Shown: piece after piece, positions 29,550 through 38,762 of the stretch
How the letters are laid out: each line of letters opens with the position of its first letter
Numbering within the stretch: the stretch's first letter is position 1
Assembly (NCBI GenBank): GCA_964493505.1
Contig: CAZBNP010000007.1
Location: 70,392 to 134,391, forward strand
Source: an uncultured Roseivirgaceae bacterium
GTDB lineage: Bacteria; Bacteroidota; Bacteroidia; Cytophagales; Cyclobacteriaceae
Length of the DNA: 64,000 bases
Direction of reading: 5' to 3'
Notes under the pieces: model-generated
What the model saw: only the letters and a program-made list of their open reading frames with translations
Told to the model about the DNA's origin: nothing
Databases searched by the model: none
Program-made: the position numbers and the translations under genes

Positions 29550-30885
29550 AACGAAGGGAAGTAATAGGGTCCTGGCTGGCAGCTTTTCTAGCGGGGGCGA
29601 TGCCGAAGATCAGGCCCACCGTAGCCGCTACACCAAAGGACAATACAATTGAGGAGAAGCTGATGAGCGTGGGTATCTCCGCAAATTCAGATACAAGATA
29701 GGCCATCGTAATCCCGAGAATGACACCAATAAGGCCGCCTGACACACTGATCATGATCGCCTCAAAGAGGAACTGCTGGGTAACGTCGCTCTTTTTGGCA
29801 CCAATTGAAAGACGCAATCCGATCTCCTTGATTCGCTCGAGTACGGAAGCAAGCATAATATTCATAATCCCGATACCGCCGACCAGCAGTGAGATACCGG
29901 CTATCGCTCCCAGCACATAGTTGAAAATATCATTTGTTCGCTGCTGCTGCTTCAGCAACAATTCGGGGATCTCAATTTCAAAATCCACCATATCATAGTG
30001 TCTTCTTTTCAGGAGGCGCGACAATATCTCAGCCGAGGGCTGAAGCAACCGTGTTTCTTCTACCTGGATCACCAAACGGTCAAGCTGGTGATAGTTTTTG
30101 CGTTCCATCTCAGTCGCTGCGTCGGCACTGCCGCTCCGGTTTCTCGCGGATGCCCGCCGCAATTCGCTGGCTGTGATCTTATCGCGATCCCTGTAGCGGA
30201 TAAGCATGGTTTGCAGCGGCACATATATATCCATGTTGAAATCGCGGATACCGAGCTTACTGATGCTGCTTTTAGACACATACCGTTCGCGCATCACACC
30301 GATGATCGTCAGCCAGTGAGACCCGACCTTGATGTTCTTTCCGATCGGATTCTCCGTTGGAAAGAACCGGGATTTGATAGACTGGCCGATAATGCATACC
30401 GGCGCACCGATCGTGCGGTGGTCGTCGGTAAACATCATCCCCTCCTCCATTTCGAAGTTGTACATCTCGAAGTAGGTCGGATCGACCCCAACGAGCTTCG
30501 CTGATCGCCGGTAACCCTGACGTACAACACTGGTTTCGAGAATGATCTCAGGACTGATGCGCGCAAGTCCCGGAATGGTCTTCGCAATACTTTCCACGTC
30601 GCGCCGGGTGAGACCGGGGGAAAACTTCTTCTTTTCACTAGCGCCTGTCTTCTCTTCGATCTTTTCCTCGTGCTGCTCGATTACAGGCTTGATCACGATA
30701 TTGTTGACCCCTACCAGTCTGATTTGTTCAAGGATCTCCTGCTGTGCGCCGTTTCCGATCGCGAGCATAGCAATGACCGCGGCCACTCCAAAGATGATAC
30801 CCAATGCGGTCAGCAGAGATCTTACCTTGTTAGAGATGACGGCGTCAATCGCTATATACAGGTTGGCTAATATCCGTTCCAGCAT
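29542..30885 (-). CDS. MacB/FtsX-type ABC transporter permease (no ATPase domain)
   Basis: RSLLTALGIIFGVAAVIAM, LLVGGIGIMNIMLASVLERIKEIGLR. Confidence 0.92.
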   Translation of the reverse strand: MLERILANLYIAIDAVISNKVRSLLTALGIIFGVAAVIAMLAIGNGAQQEILEQIRLVGVNNIVIKPVIEQHEEKIEEKTGASEKKKFSPGLTRRDVESIAKTIPGLARISPEIILETSVVRQGYRRSAKLVGVDPTYFEMYNFEMEEGMMFTDDHRTIGAPVCIIGQSIKSRFFPTENPIGKNIKVGSHWLTIIGVMRERYVSKSSISKLGIRDFNMDIYVPLQTMLIRYRDRDKITASELRRASARNRSGSADAATEMERKNYHQLDRLVIQVEETRLLQPSAEILSRLLKRRHYDMVDFEIEIPELLLKQQQRTNDIFNYVLGAIAGISLLVGGIGIMNIMLASVLERIKEIGLRLSIGAKKSDVTQQFLFEAIMISVSGGLIGVILGITMAYLVSEFAEIPTLISFSSIVLSFGVAATVGLIFGIAPARKAASQDPITSLRYE

Positions 30886-30887
30886 AT

Positions 30888-32231
30888 CTATCTCGTTGGC
30901 CTCCTTACAGGACGGATGAGTTCACCGGGTGCTGGCTCGCCGGTTTCTTCTTCCTGTTTTTTCTTGCGCTTGCCGTTCATCTCCGGTAGGAGGTTGATTG
31001 CATCCTGCTCATGACCGGACGGCACAGAAAGGAAGACGCGGTCGCCATCGGAAAGTCCGGCGAGCACCACGGCTTCGTTTGCATTCGTTTCACCCATGGC
31101 GATCTCCTGTTTTACGATACCCAGGCCTACGCGCTTGTATACAAAGGTTATCGAGTCGAGATGATTGTGCAGCGCTTCCAGGGGAATGAAGATTGCATCC
31201 TCAATCAACTTGGTGATGATCTTGTTACTGGTTGTCATCGAAGGACGCAGTGTCGGGTCTGTCCCCTCTATCTCAACTGACACCTCGAAAACCTTTGCGT
31301 CGGAGTTCGGCCGCGCTTCCCCCACATTCGCCACACGTATTACCTTGCCGACAAGTCTTTTGTCAGGATACGCATCCAATCCGACCTCCACACGCTGGCC
31401 TGGCCGCACTTTTCTGACATCAACTTCGTTGACGTATGTCTTCGACATCATTGTCGTCATATCAGGAAGTGTAGCAACTGTTGGGTCCCACATATTGACC
31501 TGGGAGCCTGCTTTGATTGGACGGCCGTCGGAGCGGCTTTTCTCGTATATCACCATCCCTGGCTCCGGAGCAGTGACACGAAAAGCTTCGATGGCTCTCA
31601 TCATTGCATCATGCTCGTTTTGCACTTTGCGCAATTCCGCATTCTGCTCGCGCATTTTCGCTGCGTTCTTCTGTCTTCTGATCTTATAATTCTCCTGTGC
31701 CTGCGTATGTTCCCGAATGGCACGCTCCACATTGATTTCCGCCTGCTTAATGGTCGCGGGTGGCTCAAACTTGGACTGCTCCAGGATAATCTCTTTTTCT
31801 TCCACCGCGTAGCGCAGGTTGATCAGCTGATCGCGCGCAGCTCTCAGTTCCAACGCGGTGTCTAGTTGTGTCTGCGTGAACTCGGCCAGCTCCCGGTCAA
31901 GTTCGATCTTCTTGTCGTTAAGCTTTGTCTGGAACTCCGACCGGTCGAGTGTTGCAACCCAGTCGCCTTTTCTGACTACTGTGCCTTCATCGATCATATC
32001 CTGGACCACGATTTGGTAAATCCTGAAGTCCCGCAGGTTACCGGGAGCTTGTATCTTGACGGAGTTCTTCGCCTCCAACTCACCAGTAGTTTCAATCTCC
32101 ACTTTAAACGGGCCGGACTTGACATGGGTCATGATGTCAGCTGTTTCTGTTGTTTTATTGCCTTTCACAACGAAAAACGCTATCAGCAACACAACGACAA
32201 CCCCTGCACCGATGATCAGGTTTCTTTTCAT
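30888..32231 (-). CDS. Efflux periplasmic adaptor subunit (HlyD/MacA-like)
   Basis: N-terminal anchor, lipoyl halves, long coiled-coil hairpin, VNEVDVRKV. Confidence 0.88.
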   Translation of the reverse strand: MKRNLIIGAGVVVVLLIAFFVVKGNKTTETADIMTHVKSGPFKVEIETTGELEAKNSVKIQAPGNLRDFRIYQIVVQDMIDEGTVVRKGDWVATLDRSEFQTKLNDKKIELDRELAEFTQTQLDTALELRAARDQLINLRYAVEEKEIILEQSKFEPPATIKQAEINVERAIREHTQAQENYKIRRQKNAAKMREQNAELRKVQNEHDAMMRAIEAFRVTAPEPGMVIYEKSRSDGRPIKAGSQVNMWDPTVATLPDMTTMMSKTYVNEVDVRKVRPGQRVEVGLDAYPDKRLVGKVIRVANVGEARPNSDAKVFEVSVEIEGTDPTLRPSMTTSNKIITKLIEDAIFIPLEALHNHLDSITFVYKRVGLGIVKQEIAMGETNANEAVVLAGLSDGDRVFLSVPSGHEQDAINLLPEMNGKRKKKQEEETGEPAPGELIRPVRRPTR

Positions 32232-32436
32232 ACTTGTTTTTTTACGCTTCCCTGGAGAACCAGGTCCGCGATGAACGCCTTTTTAAACTATTATGAACAG
32301 CAAAAGTACAGGAAAGGTTACAATTTGCCGCGCCACCTAAATAATTGCTTTTCCAGCGGTGTAATAGCGCAAAGAGCTGATACCAGGACCTTCCCCGTGT
32401 ATCAGCTCTCTTAGCAAAGCCCGTACCGTAAACGTT

Positions 32437-33624
32437 TTATTGGTCGCGGCTCTTCTTAACGGTGATCTTTTTCAATGCCGAGTGCTTGTCGATCTTGCCG
32501 GAATTGAAGTCTTTCAGGACCGATGCCCTGACGGAAAGCTCAAGAGTATCAGGTATGCCACACCCCGCACATCTCGTAAGCACAATTTTGAAGACCAGGT
32601 TTTCATCGTCCTCCAGGCTCTTGATTGTCCTGCCATACTCCAGAATGTTCTCCCGCAGCTCTGACTCGAACGCGGGATAGAGCTCAGCCACCTTTTTGTC
32701 ACGGGCCTCCTGATCAAGGTTATCAAGACCGACCGTTGGTAACAGAAAGCGGTTTGGCGCCGTCTGACTACTGCTTAGCACGCGCATGTAAAACACCGCC
32801 CCGAAATCGAGAAGACGCTCGTAATAGACGTTTCCTTCCGTGAAGTAGGTACGCGACAGGTCCGGGCGATAAAGCCGGCTGAAGATACTGGAGAGCATCT
32901 CGAGATCGGCCTCTTTCCGGTCGCTGATCTCGGTATTGAGAACCTTCAGTCTTTTGATCGCCTGTTCGCGGGTGATCTTCCCTTGCCGGAATGCCGCTAC
33001 ATCGGCAATCATTCCCTCCACAACTATACGCGATCTGCTTCCCCGATTAAAGTAAAAGTTCATCCGGTCACTTTGGTTAGTTACCACGATCCGCTCATCC
33101 GGTGCCAGCTGACTGAGAAACTCTCCATAGTCGACGATGAAGTTCTGCGCCGCGCGAATAATGCATGTGTTGTAGGCTGTACGTGTGCTGTCGGCCCGGC
33201 CTTCGTCGCGCGCGCGCAGCCGGTCAGTCAGGCTGACGGAATTGTCAGCGACCGAGGGTGGCTCGGGAGCGCCGTCTGTGCGGAACGAATAGCGATATGT
33301 ACCACCATCCGATATTATTGTCGTATTGCCGCCCATATCCCGTGGCGCCAGGTTAAAGACAGCAAACGGCATCGAACTCTCGGAGGGAACCCGGAACGTC
33401 ACACCGTAGCCGGGTTGATAGGTCGCATCGACATCGAGCCCGAAAATTGTTCGCTGCTGCTCCAGTTCCTGCTTGATAAGTGTCGCGAGAACATTCTCCG
33501 CCACCTCAATATCTCTCATCATCCGCTCTTCGTTGAAGGGCGCTTGCCCCATCGCTGTGTACGAAATACCCAGAACTATGAGGATCGTGATCCCGAATCT
33601 TTGTACGCTTTTCATAATAATCAT
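32437..33624 (-). CDS. Uncharacterised exported protein downstream of the ECF/anti-sigma pair
   Basis: 395-aa ORF with signal peptide, internal two-fold repeat-like pattern (YQPGYGVTF / YERLLDFGAVF) and a C-terminal CAGC. Confidence 0.75.
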   Translation of the reverse strand: MIIMKSVQRFGITILIVLGISYTAMGQAPFNEERMMRDIEVAENVLATLIKQELEQQRTIFGLDVDATYQPGYGVTFRVPSESSMPFAVFNLAPRDMGGNTTIISDGGTYRYSFRTDGAPEPPSVADNSVSLTDRLRARDEGRADSTRTAYNTCIIRAAQNFIVDYGEFLSQLAPDERIVVTNQSDRMNFYFNRGSRSRIVVEGMIADVAAFRQGKITREQAIKRLKVLNTEISDRKEADLEMLSSIFSRLYRPDLSRTYFTEGNVYYERLLDFGAVFYMRVLSSSQTAPNRFLLPTVGLDNLDQEARDKKVAELYPAFESELRENILEYGRTIKSLEDDENLVFKIVLTRCAGCGIPDTLELSVRASVLKDFNSGKIDKHSALKKITVKKSRDQ

Positions 33625-33663
33625 AATTGATCTTTGCTTTTCTGTTCTATCCGAAGCGACTTC

Positions 33664-34536
33664 CTAATTTTTCATTTCTCCTGAAACAGGCACCCCTACC
33701 GTTGTGATGATGCTGGACAAGATCTGTTCGGTTTCCTGCTTGAAAATATCGGTGTTTTGTTCGAGGCTATTCATCCGCATTTGCACCAGGCGCAGGTCAT
33801 CATTGCGCTGCTGCTGAAGATACTTGGAGAAATCGACGAGCAGGTTCTCGATATATTTCTTCTGCTCCGTCGATGTGAGCTGAAAATAATCCTTTACCTG
33901 CTGCATATTCTCGGTGCGAATACCATCGACAAATTGCCTGATCTGTTCCTGCGAAGCGCTTGAGACTTCCCGCACCAGTTGATCCATTTTACCCGAATTC
34001 AATGCCAGGTTACTGCGGATAGAGGCGTCTAGCTTGCTCCGTGTCTCGTCAAGTTTCTCCTGTATTTCGCTGTTGTTCTGTTCGAGCGACGCATCGATCA
34101 TGCCGCGCACATCCGCTTCCGTCAGTATATTGACAGGTACCGCTTCACTGACCGGCCGTTGTTGCTGCGGGCCGAAACTGATTCTCAGTTCATCGTCGGA
34201 AATACTGAGCTGCGCGCCTGTCAATCGACCGGCCAGAATGATTACAACCACCGAAGCCGCTACAGCCGCGACTGCCCGCAACCAGGGGGTGGTCCACAGT
34301 GATCGCTGCGCGGCCGCTGGTTCTTCTTTCCGATCGTGGCCGATTACTATGGAGGGAGCGATGACCTCTTTATCGTCTACGGAAGCAAGGGCCTTCCGCA
34401 CAGTCCGGAGTCTATCCAGCTCCTCAGCGGCTTCGGGATGCTGAAGGATAAACTGTTCGACCTTCCGCCGGTGTTCCTCCTCCAACTCGTTGTAGAGGTA
34501 GGCCATCCAGTCTTTTTCGTCCGGTTTATAACTCAT
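33664..34536 (-). CDS. Anti-sigma factor-like membrane protein (zf-HC2-like N-terminus, single TM, periplasmic coiled coil)
   Basis: MAYLYNEL...VEQFILQHPEAAEEL N-terminal pattern, TM AVAAVAASVVVIILAG; overlaps the sigma stop; start 34536 or 34542. Confidence 0.75.
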   Translation of the reverse strand: MSYKPDEKDWMAYLYNELEEEHRRKVEQFILQHPEAAEELDRLRTVRKALASVDDKEVIAPSIVIGHDRKEEPAAAQRSLWTTPWLRAVAAVAASVVVIILAGRLTGAQLSISDDELRISFGPQQQRPVSEAVPVNILTEADVRGMIDASLEQNNSEIQEKLDETRSKLDASIRSNLALNSGKMDQLVREVSSASQEQIRQFVDGIRTENMQQVKDYFQLTSTEQKKYIENLLVDFSKYLQQQRNDDLRLVQMRMNSLEQNTDIFKQETEQILSSIITTVGVPVSGEMKN

Positions 34537-35158
34537 AACCAATTGTATTTTTGTTGATATTCCTTTTCTCCAGGATCTTCCTCAACGCATCGAGCGCGTA
34601 ATACATCCTGGACTTCACCGTGTTTTCTGATATATTGAGTACCTCCGCGATCTCGCGGAACTTAAGGCCTTCGTATTCTTTCATGATCACTACTTCCCGC
34701 TGCTCCTGGCTCAGGGATCCCAGCGCCATCTGAAGGATATCGGAGAGTTCTCCCTGCTGGAACTGCCGCTCCGGATTATCGTGGCGCTGACGTGACGATT
34801 CCCAGTCGGGCGAATTCTCGGCGTTGTGATTCCATACCTGTTCAAATGGTAACGAGCGGTTTCCCCGCCGTTTTCGCATCTCTTCACGACAGCAGTTGAC
34901 CGCGATCTTGTATAACCAGGGTCGAAACCGGGCCGGATCGTTAAGTCCCGTTACATTTCTACACATGGAAATAAATGTGCGTTGGGAGATTTCCATGGCC
35001 ATATCGTGATCGAGAAAGAACTTGAACCCGAAGTTGTAGATCCGTTTATACCACAGCTGCACAAGACGTCCCTGGGCACCCTGGTCACCTGTTTTGGCCC
35101 TCACAACGAGGGTATCCGAATGCATCATGGCAATGTCCGGTAGGGTTTGTGCCTGCAT
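34526..35158 (-). CDS. ECF-type RNA polymerase sigma-70 factor
   Basis: Region 2 FRPWLYKIAVN, region 4 LKFREIAEVLNISENTVKSRMYYA. Confidence 0.95.
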   Translation of the reverse strand: MQAQTLPDIAMMHSDTLVVRAKTGDQGAQGRLVQLWYKRIYNFGFKFFLDHDMAMEISQRTFISMCRNVTGLNDPARFRPWLYKIAVNCCREEMRKRRGNRSLPFEQVWNHNAENSPDWESSRQRHDNPERQFQQGELSDILQMALGSLSQEQREVVIMKEYEGLKFREIAEVLNISENTVKSRMYYALDALRKILEKRNINKNTIGYEL

Positions 35159-35297
35159 AAATGTCGTTACTGTACCAGTCCGGTAAAATACCGTTTCCGG
35201 TCCGTTTTCCTGCTATTATGATGGTGCCGTGTCGCAAATAGTTTTACTGCCGCCGATCTATTTTCCACTGCCACCGAGCCTCTTATCTTTGCCGGTG

Positions 35298-36068
35298 ATG
35301 AGATGGCTGATTTCCTGGTTGATCCGGTATATTCCGAGAAAATACCTTCAGCGGGTAAGTGGCGTCGGGCTCAGAATCGCAGGTCTCCTGCTCCGGGGCC
35401 AGGCAGTGACGTGTCCCGTATGTTCGCACAGTTTTAGCAAGTTCCTCCCCTACGGGCGGATCAATCCACGCGCCAATGCGCTGTGTCCTCAGTGCCAGTC
35501 GCTGGAGCGCCACCGCCTGATCTGGCTCTACCTTCAGGAAAAAACGTCATTCTTCACCCGCCGCCAATCCGTCCTCCACATTGCTCCGGAAGCCTGTTTC
35601 ATCCCGCGTTTTGAAGAACTTCACAAAGAGGACTACATTACCGCCGACCTGGAGTCGCCGTTGGCGAAGGTGAAAGCAGATATCCACAAGCTGCCGTTTA
35701 GTAACAACGCCTTCGACGTAGTGCTGTGCAACCATGTACTGGAGCACGTAGACGACGACATTCTGGCGATGAAAGAGATCTGCCGCGTGCTCAAACCGGG
35801 GGGATTCGCGATCCTGCAGGTTCCGTTCTTTAACCCCCTAGCGGAGACAACGGTTTCGGACCCTACTATTACCGACCGCGGCCAGCGCGAGAAACTATTT
35901 GGCCAGGACGATCATGTGCGCCGTTACGGAAAGGACTATCCTCAGCGCATCGCCGCAGCAGGATTAACGCCCTTCGAAGATCCGTTTGTAAATATCTTGA
36001 CAAACGAACAACGGGCGGAGTACGGGCTGGTGAGAGACGAGGTTATTTTTTTAGGGTTCAAAGTTTAG
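35298..36068 (+). CDS. Class I SAM-dependent methyltransferase with N-terminal CxxC...CxxC
   Basis: CPVC and CPQC, SLERHRL, LHIAPE, CNHVLEHV; ATG 35298 lies 6 nt after TATCTTTG. Confidence 0.88.
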   Translation: MRWLISWLIRYIPRKYLQRVSGVGLRIAGLLLRGQAVTCPVCSHSFSKFLPYGRINPRANALCPQCQSLERHRLIWLYLQEKTSFFTRRQSVLHIAPEACFIPRFEELHKEDYITADLESPLAKVKADIHKLPFSNNAFDVVLCNHVLEHVDDDILAMKEICRVLKPGGFAILQVPFFNPLAETTVSDPTITDRGQREKLFGQDDHVRRYGKDYPQRIAAAGLTPFEDPFVNILTNEQRAEYGLVRDEVIFLGFKV

Positions 36069-36072
36069 AAGC

Positions 36073-36128
36073 TTCGGATTCCGGGTTTCGGGTTAGAGGC
36101 TCCCAAACCCGAAACCTTGAACCCGGAA
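36073..36128. repeat. Inverted heptamer-unit array/hairpin at a convergent gene junction
   Basis: TTCGGAT TCCGGGT TTCGGGT followed by ACCCGAA ACCTTGA ACCCGGA. Confidence 0.75.
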
Positions 36129-36132
36129 CTTC

Positions 36133-36735
36133 CTAAAGACTTCCCAACTCCATCAACTTATTGCGCTCGTTCTGCAATTCGCGCGAAAGCTTGGTCTGCT
36201 TATCCATCGCACGGCGCTTGTAGTCCTCGTACTCCGTACTAATGGAATTCATGAGCTCCACCTTTTCCGCGAGATTGCGACGCATCATTTTCATTGTGTA
36301 GTAGATAACAGCGATTATCAAACCGAGCAGCAGGATAACCGCACCCATGAGTCCGGCAAAGACACCTTTGGTGAAGTCGATACCCAGGACGGTAATGTGC
36401 GTACTGGCGTAAAGCACATCCTGCATACTCTCTTCCTTCTCCTTCAGTGTTTGTTTGTTTTCATCCAGCTCGTTATTCAGGCTGGCGATTGTAGCGTTCG
36501 CCTTTCGGATCTCAGATTGCTTATGTTGCATGGAATCCTGCACAATCTTCCACATACCTTCGAGGATGTTCTCCTTGATAACTTTGTAGTCCTGGTACGT
36601 TTGGGATTTGTTCTTCATGACAAAATAACGCTCGTTCAGCGTCTGGCTGTCTCTTTCCAATGCGTCGCTGGCAGTTTGTGCAGAGACACTCACACCGGCC
36701 AACACGCAGATCAACAAAATAGTGGTACGCTTCAT
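36133..36735 (-). CDS. Hypothetical exported coiled-coil protein with C-terminal TM anchor
   Basis: Signal peptide MKRTTILLICVLAGVSVSA, heptad region, one TM, basic cytoplasmic coil LSRELQNERNK. Confidence 0.75.
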   Translation of the reverse strand: MKRTTILLICVLAGVSVSAQTASDALERDSQTLNERYFVMKNKSQTYQDYKVIKENILEGMWKIVQDSMQHKQSEIRKANATIASLNNELDENKQTLKEKEESMQDVLYASTHITVLGIDFTKGVFAGLMGAVILLLGLIIAVIYYTMKMMRRNLAEKVELMNSISTEYEDYKRRAMDKQTKLSRELQNERNKLMELGSL

Positions 36736-36894
36736 AGTGATTTCGAAGAAAAGGTTTATCAAGCCCGTAAATTAAAATCATATTGATTGCTAGCCAAGCA
36801 ACAATACCTCAAGTGTTCGATATAATCGGTACTCTGTGCAAATGGCCGATAAGAGACATTTTACCCGCCTAAGCAACAGTATTTTGGTTAAATG

Positions 36895-36967
36895 GACGCC
36901 CTAAGGGTTTTTCAGTCGCCACGGCCGCAGACCCCGGAGGGATCTAATATGCGTTTTACAGGACAGC
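36895..36967 (-). ncRNA. Candidate small structured RNA, possibly a divergent SRP (4.5S) RNA
   Basis: Rod-like fold (GUCCUG/UAGGGC outer stem, CGC/GCG, AGAUCCC/GGGGUCU apical stem) directly downstream of TAAACTTTG; canonical SRP loop motifs not intact. Confidence 0.35.
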
Positions 36968-37030
36968 AACGGTGCAAAGTTTAGGGTGCCCCCACTTTGA
37001 AGTTCGAACTTTAATCCCGAAACTATAGAC

Positions 37031-37537
37031 ATGAAGATCGGATTGATCTCGGATACCCACGGCGTATTGCAGCCGGCGGTGTTCGAGCATTTCAAAAACT
37101 GCGACGAAGTATGGCATGCCGGCGACATCGGAGACGTCTCAATTGTCAGTTCCCTGGAAGATTTCAAACCGCTGCGCGCGGTGTACGGCAACATCGATGG
37201 CAAGGAAATTCAACTGCGATTTCCAGAAGACCTGTTTTTTGAATGTGAAGGCCTGAGCATCTGGATGACTCACATCGGCGGAAGCCCGCCCCGTTACAAC
37301 CCGAGGGTAAATAAGATCCTTCCCGTGCGCAAACCCGACATCTTCATCTGCGGTCACTCCCACATACTGCGCGTCGCAAAAGATCCTGCCCGCAACGGAA
37401 TGCTATACATCAATCCCGGCGCGGCTGGAAACCACGGATTTCATCACATGAGAACAATCATTCGGTTTGAAATCACCGATGGAAAGACCCGGGAACTTGA
37501 GGTTATCGAGCTGGGAAAACGCGGTGTTATCGACTGA
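37031..37537 (+). CDS. YfcE/MJ0936-type metallophosphoesterase
   Basis: LISDTHG, WHAGDIG, VYGNID, THIG, GHSH, INPGAAG. Confidence 0.92.
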   Translation: MKIGLISDTHGVLQPAVFEHFKNCDEVWHAGDIGDVSIVSSLEDFKPLRAVYGNIDGKEIQLRFPEDLFFECEGLSIWMTHIGGSPPRYNPRVNKILPVRKPDIFICGHSHILRVAKDPARNGMLYINPGAAGNHGFHHMRTIIRFEITDGKTRELEVIELGKRGVID

Positions 37538-37550
37538 ATATCCCTTAAGG

Positions 37551-38675
37551 CTAAACATACTGGTTCAGCATTACCGGCATCACCAGCATAAGAATATCCT
37601 CGGAGGCGTCCTTATCGACCGGGAAAATAACGCCGGCTTTGTTGGGTGCCGACATCGTAAGGCGGATCTGATCTGAATCCATATTGCCCAGCATCTCGAC
37701 GATGAACTTCGCATTGAAGCCGATCTCGATATCCTCGCCTTCGTGTTCGCAACTCAGGCGCTCGTTTGCCTCGTTTGAAAAATCGAGGTCTTCCGCGGAT
37801 ATCTGCAACTCGCTTCCGGTGATCTTCAGTCGCACCTGATGAGTTGTCTTGTTGGCATAAATGGATATCCTCTTCAGCGCGCCGAGCAAATCATTTCGCC
37901 CTATCGTCATCTTGATATCGTTGCCGGAAGGAATGACATTCTCGTAATCGGGGAAGCGTTCATCAATCAGGCGGCAGATCATACGGATATTTCCGAAACG
38001 GAAGAATGCATTCGCCATGTTGAAGTTCAACACGACGTCTGTGTTTTCCGCCGGGAGGGTTGCTTTCAAAAGATTCAGCGCTTTGCGCGGGATAATAATG
38101 GCATTGCCATTGTCAGACTTAACATCGGCTCTCCTGTATCTGACAAGCCGGTGGCCGTCGGTGGCGACAAACGTTGTGTTCTTATCGCCGAGGTTTACAT
38201 AAACACCCGTCATCGCAGGCCGCAGCTCGTCGTTGCTGGTCGCAAAGATCGTGTTGCTAATAGCGCGGGAGAGGACTTCAGACGATATCTCTGCTGAAAA
38301 GTCGTCGGTCACCGCCGGAACCTTGGGGAAATCGGTAGCATTCTCACCGGAGAGTTTATACCGCCCATTGTCGGAGATTATTTCAACGCTATAAGTAGAC
38401 TCGTCTATTGAGAAAGTAACGGGTTGCTCCGGAAGGTTCTTCAGTGTGTCCAGCAGAATACGCGCAGGCACTGCAATACTTCCCTTCTCTTTTGACTCCA
38501 CCTGGATCTCGGTGATCATAGAAGTTTGAAGATCGGATGCTGTTACCGTAAGCCCGCCCTTTTCGAGTTCAAACAGAAAATTTTCCAGGATAGGCACAAC
38601 CGGGTTGGTTGTGATCACACCATTGATATTGGAAAGTTGCTTTAGCAGATAAGCTGAGTTTACGATAAACTTCAT
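37551..38675 (-). CDS. dnaN: DNA polymerase III beta sliding clamp
   Basis: VPILENFLF, RPAMTGV, ATDGHRL, IGFNAKF, LMLVMPVM. Confidence 0.97.
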   Translation of the reverse strand: MKFIVNSAYLLKQLSNINGVITTNPVVPILENFLFELEKGGLTVTASDLQTSMITEIQVESKEKGSIAVPARILLDTLKNLPEQPVTFSIDESTYSVEIISDNGRYKLSGENATDFPKVPAVTDDFSAEISSEVLSRAISNTIFATSNDELRPAMTGVYVNLGDKNTTFVATDGHRLVRYRRADVKSDNGNAIIIPRKALNLLKATLPAENTDVVLNFNMANAFFRFGNIRMICRLIDERFPDYENVIPSGNDIKMTIGRNDLLGALKRISIYANKTTHQVRLKITGSELQISAEDLDFSNEANERLSCEHEGEDIEIGFNAKFIVEMLGNMDSDQIRLTMSAPNKAGVIFPVDKDASEDILMLVMPVMLNQYV

Positions 38676-38762
38676 CGGTGGAGTAGTGGTTTGATTTTAA
38701 AGCGGGGTAAAGTTATAAAGAAAACCGAATTATAAAACCGCCATTGTTTCCGAAAATCCGGG

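Noticed and set aside
36133-36735. tRNA methyltransferase label sometimes carried by similar proteins
   Set aside because: No SAM-binding or SPOUT motif; it has a signal peptide, coiled coil and TM helix.
37000-37011. 12-bp palindrome AAGTTCGAACTT suggesting a tRNA T-loop fragment or operator
   Set aside because: No cloverleaf around it; a single short palindrome is expected by chance in 64 kb.
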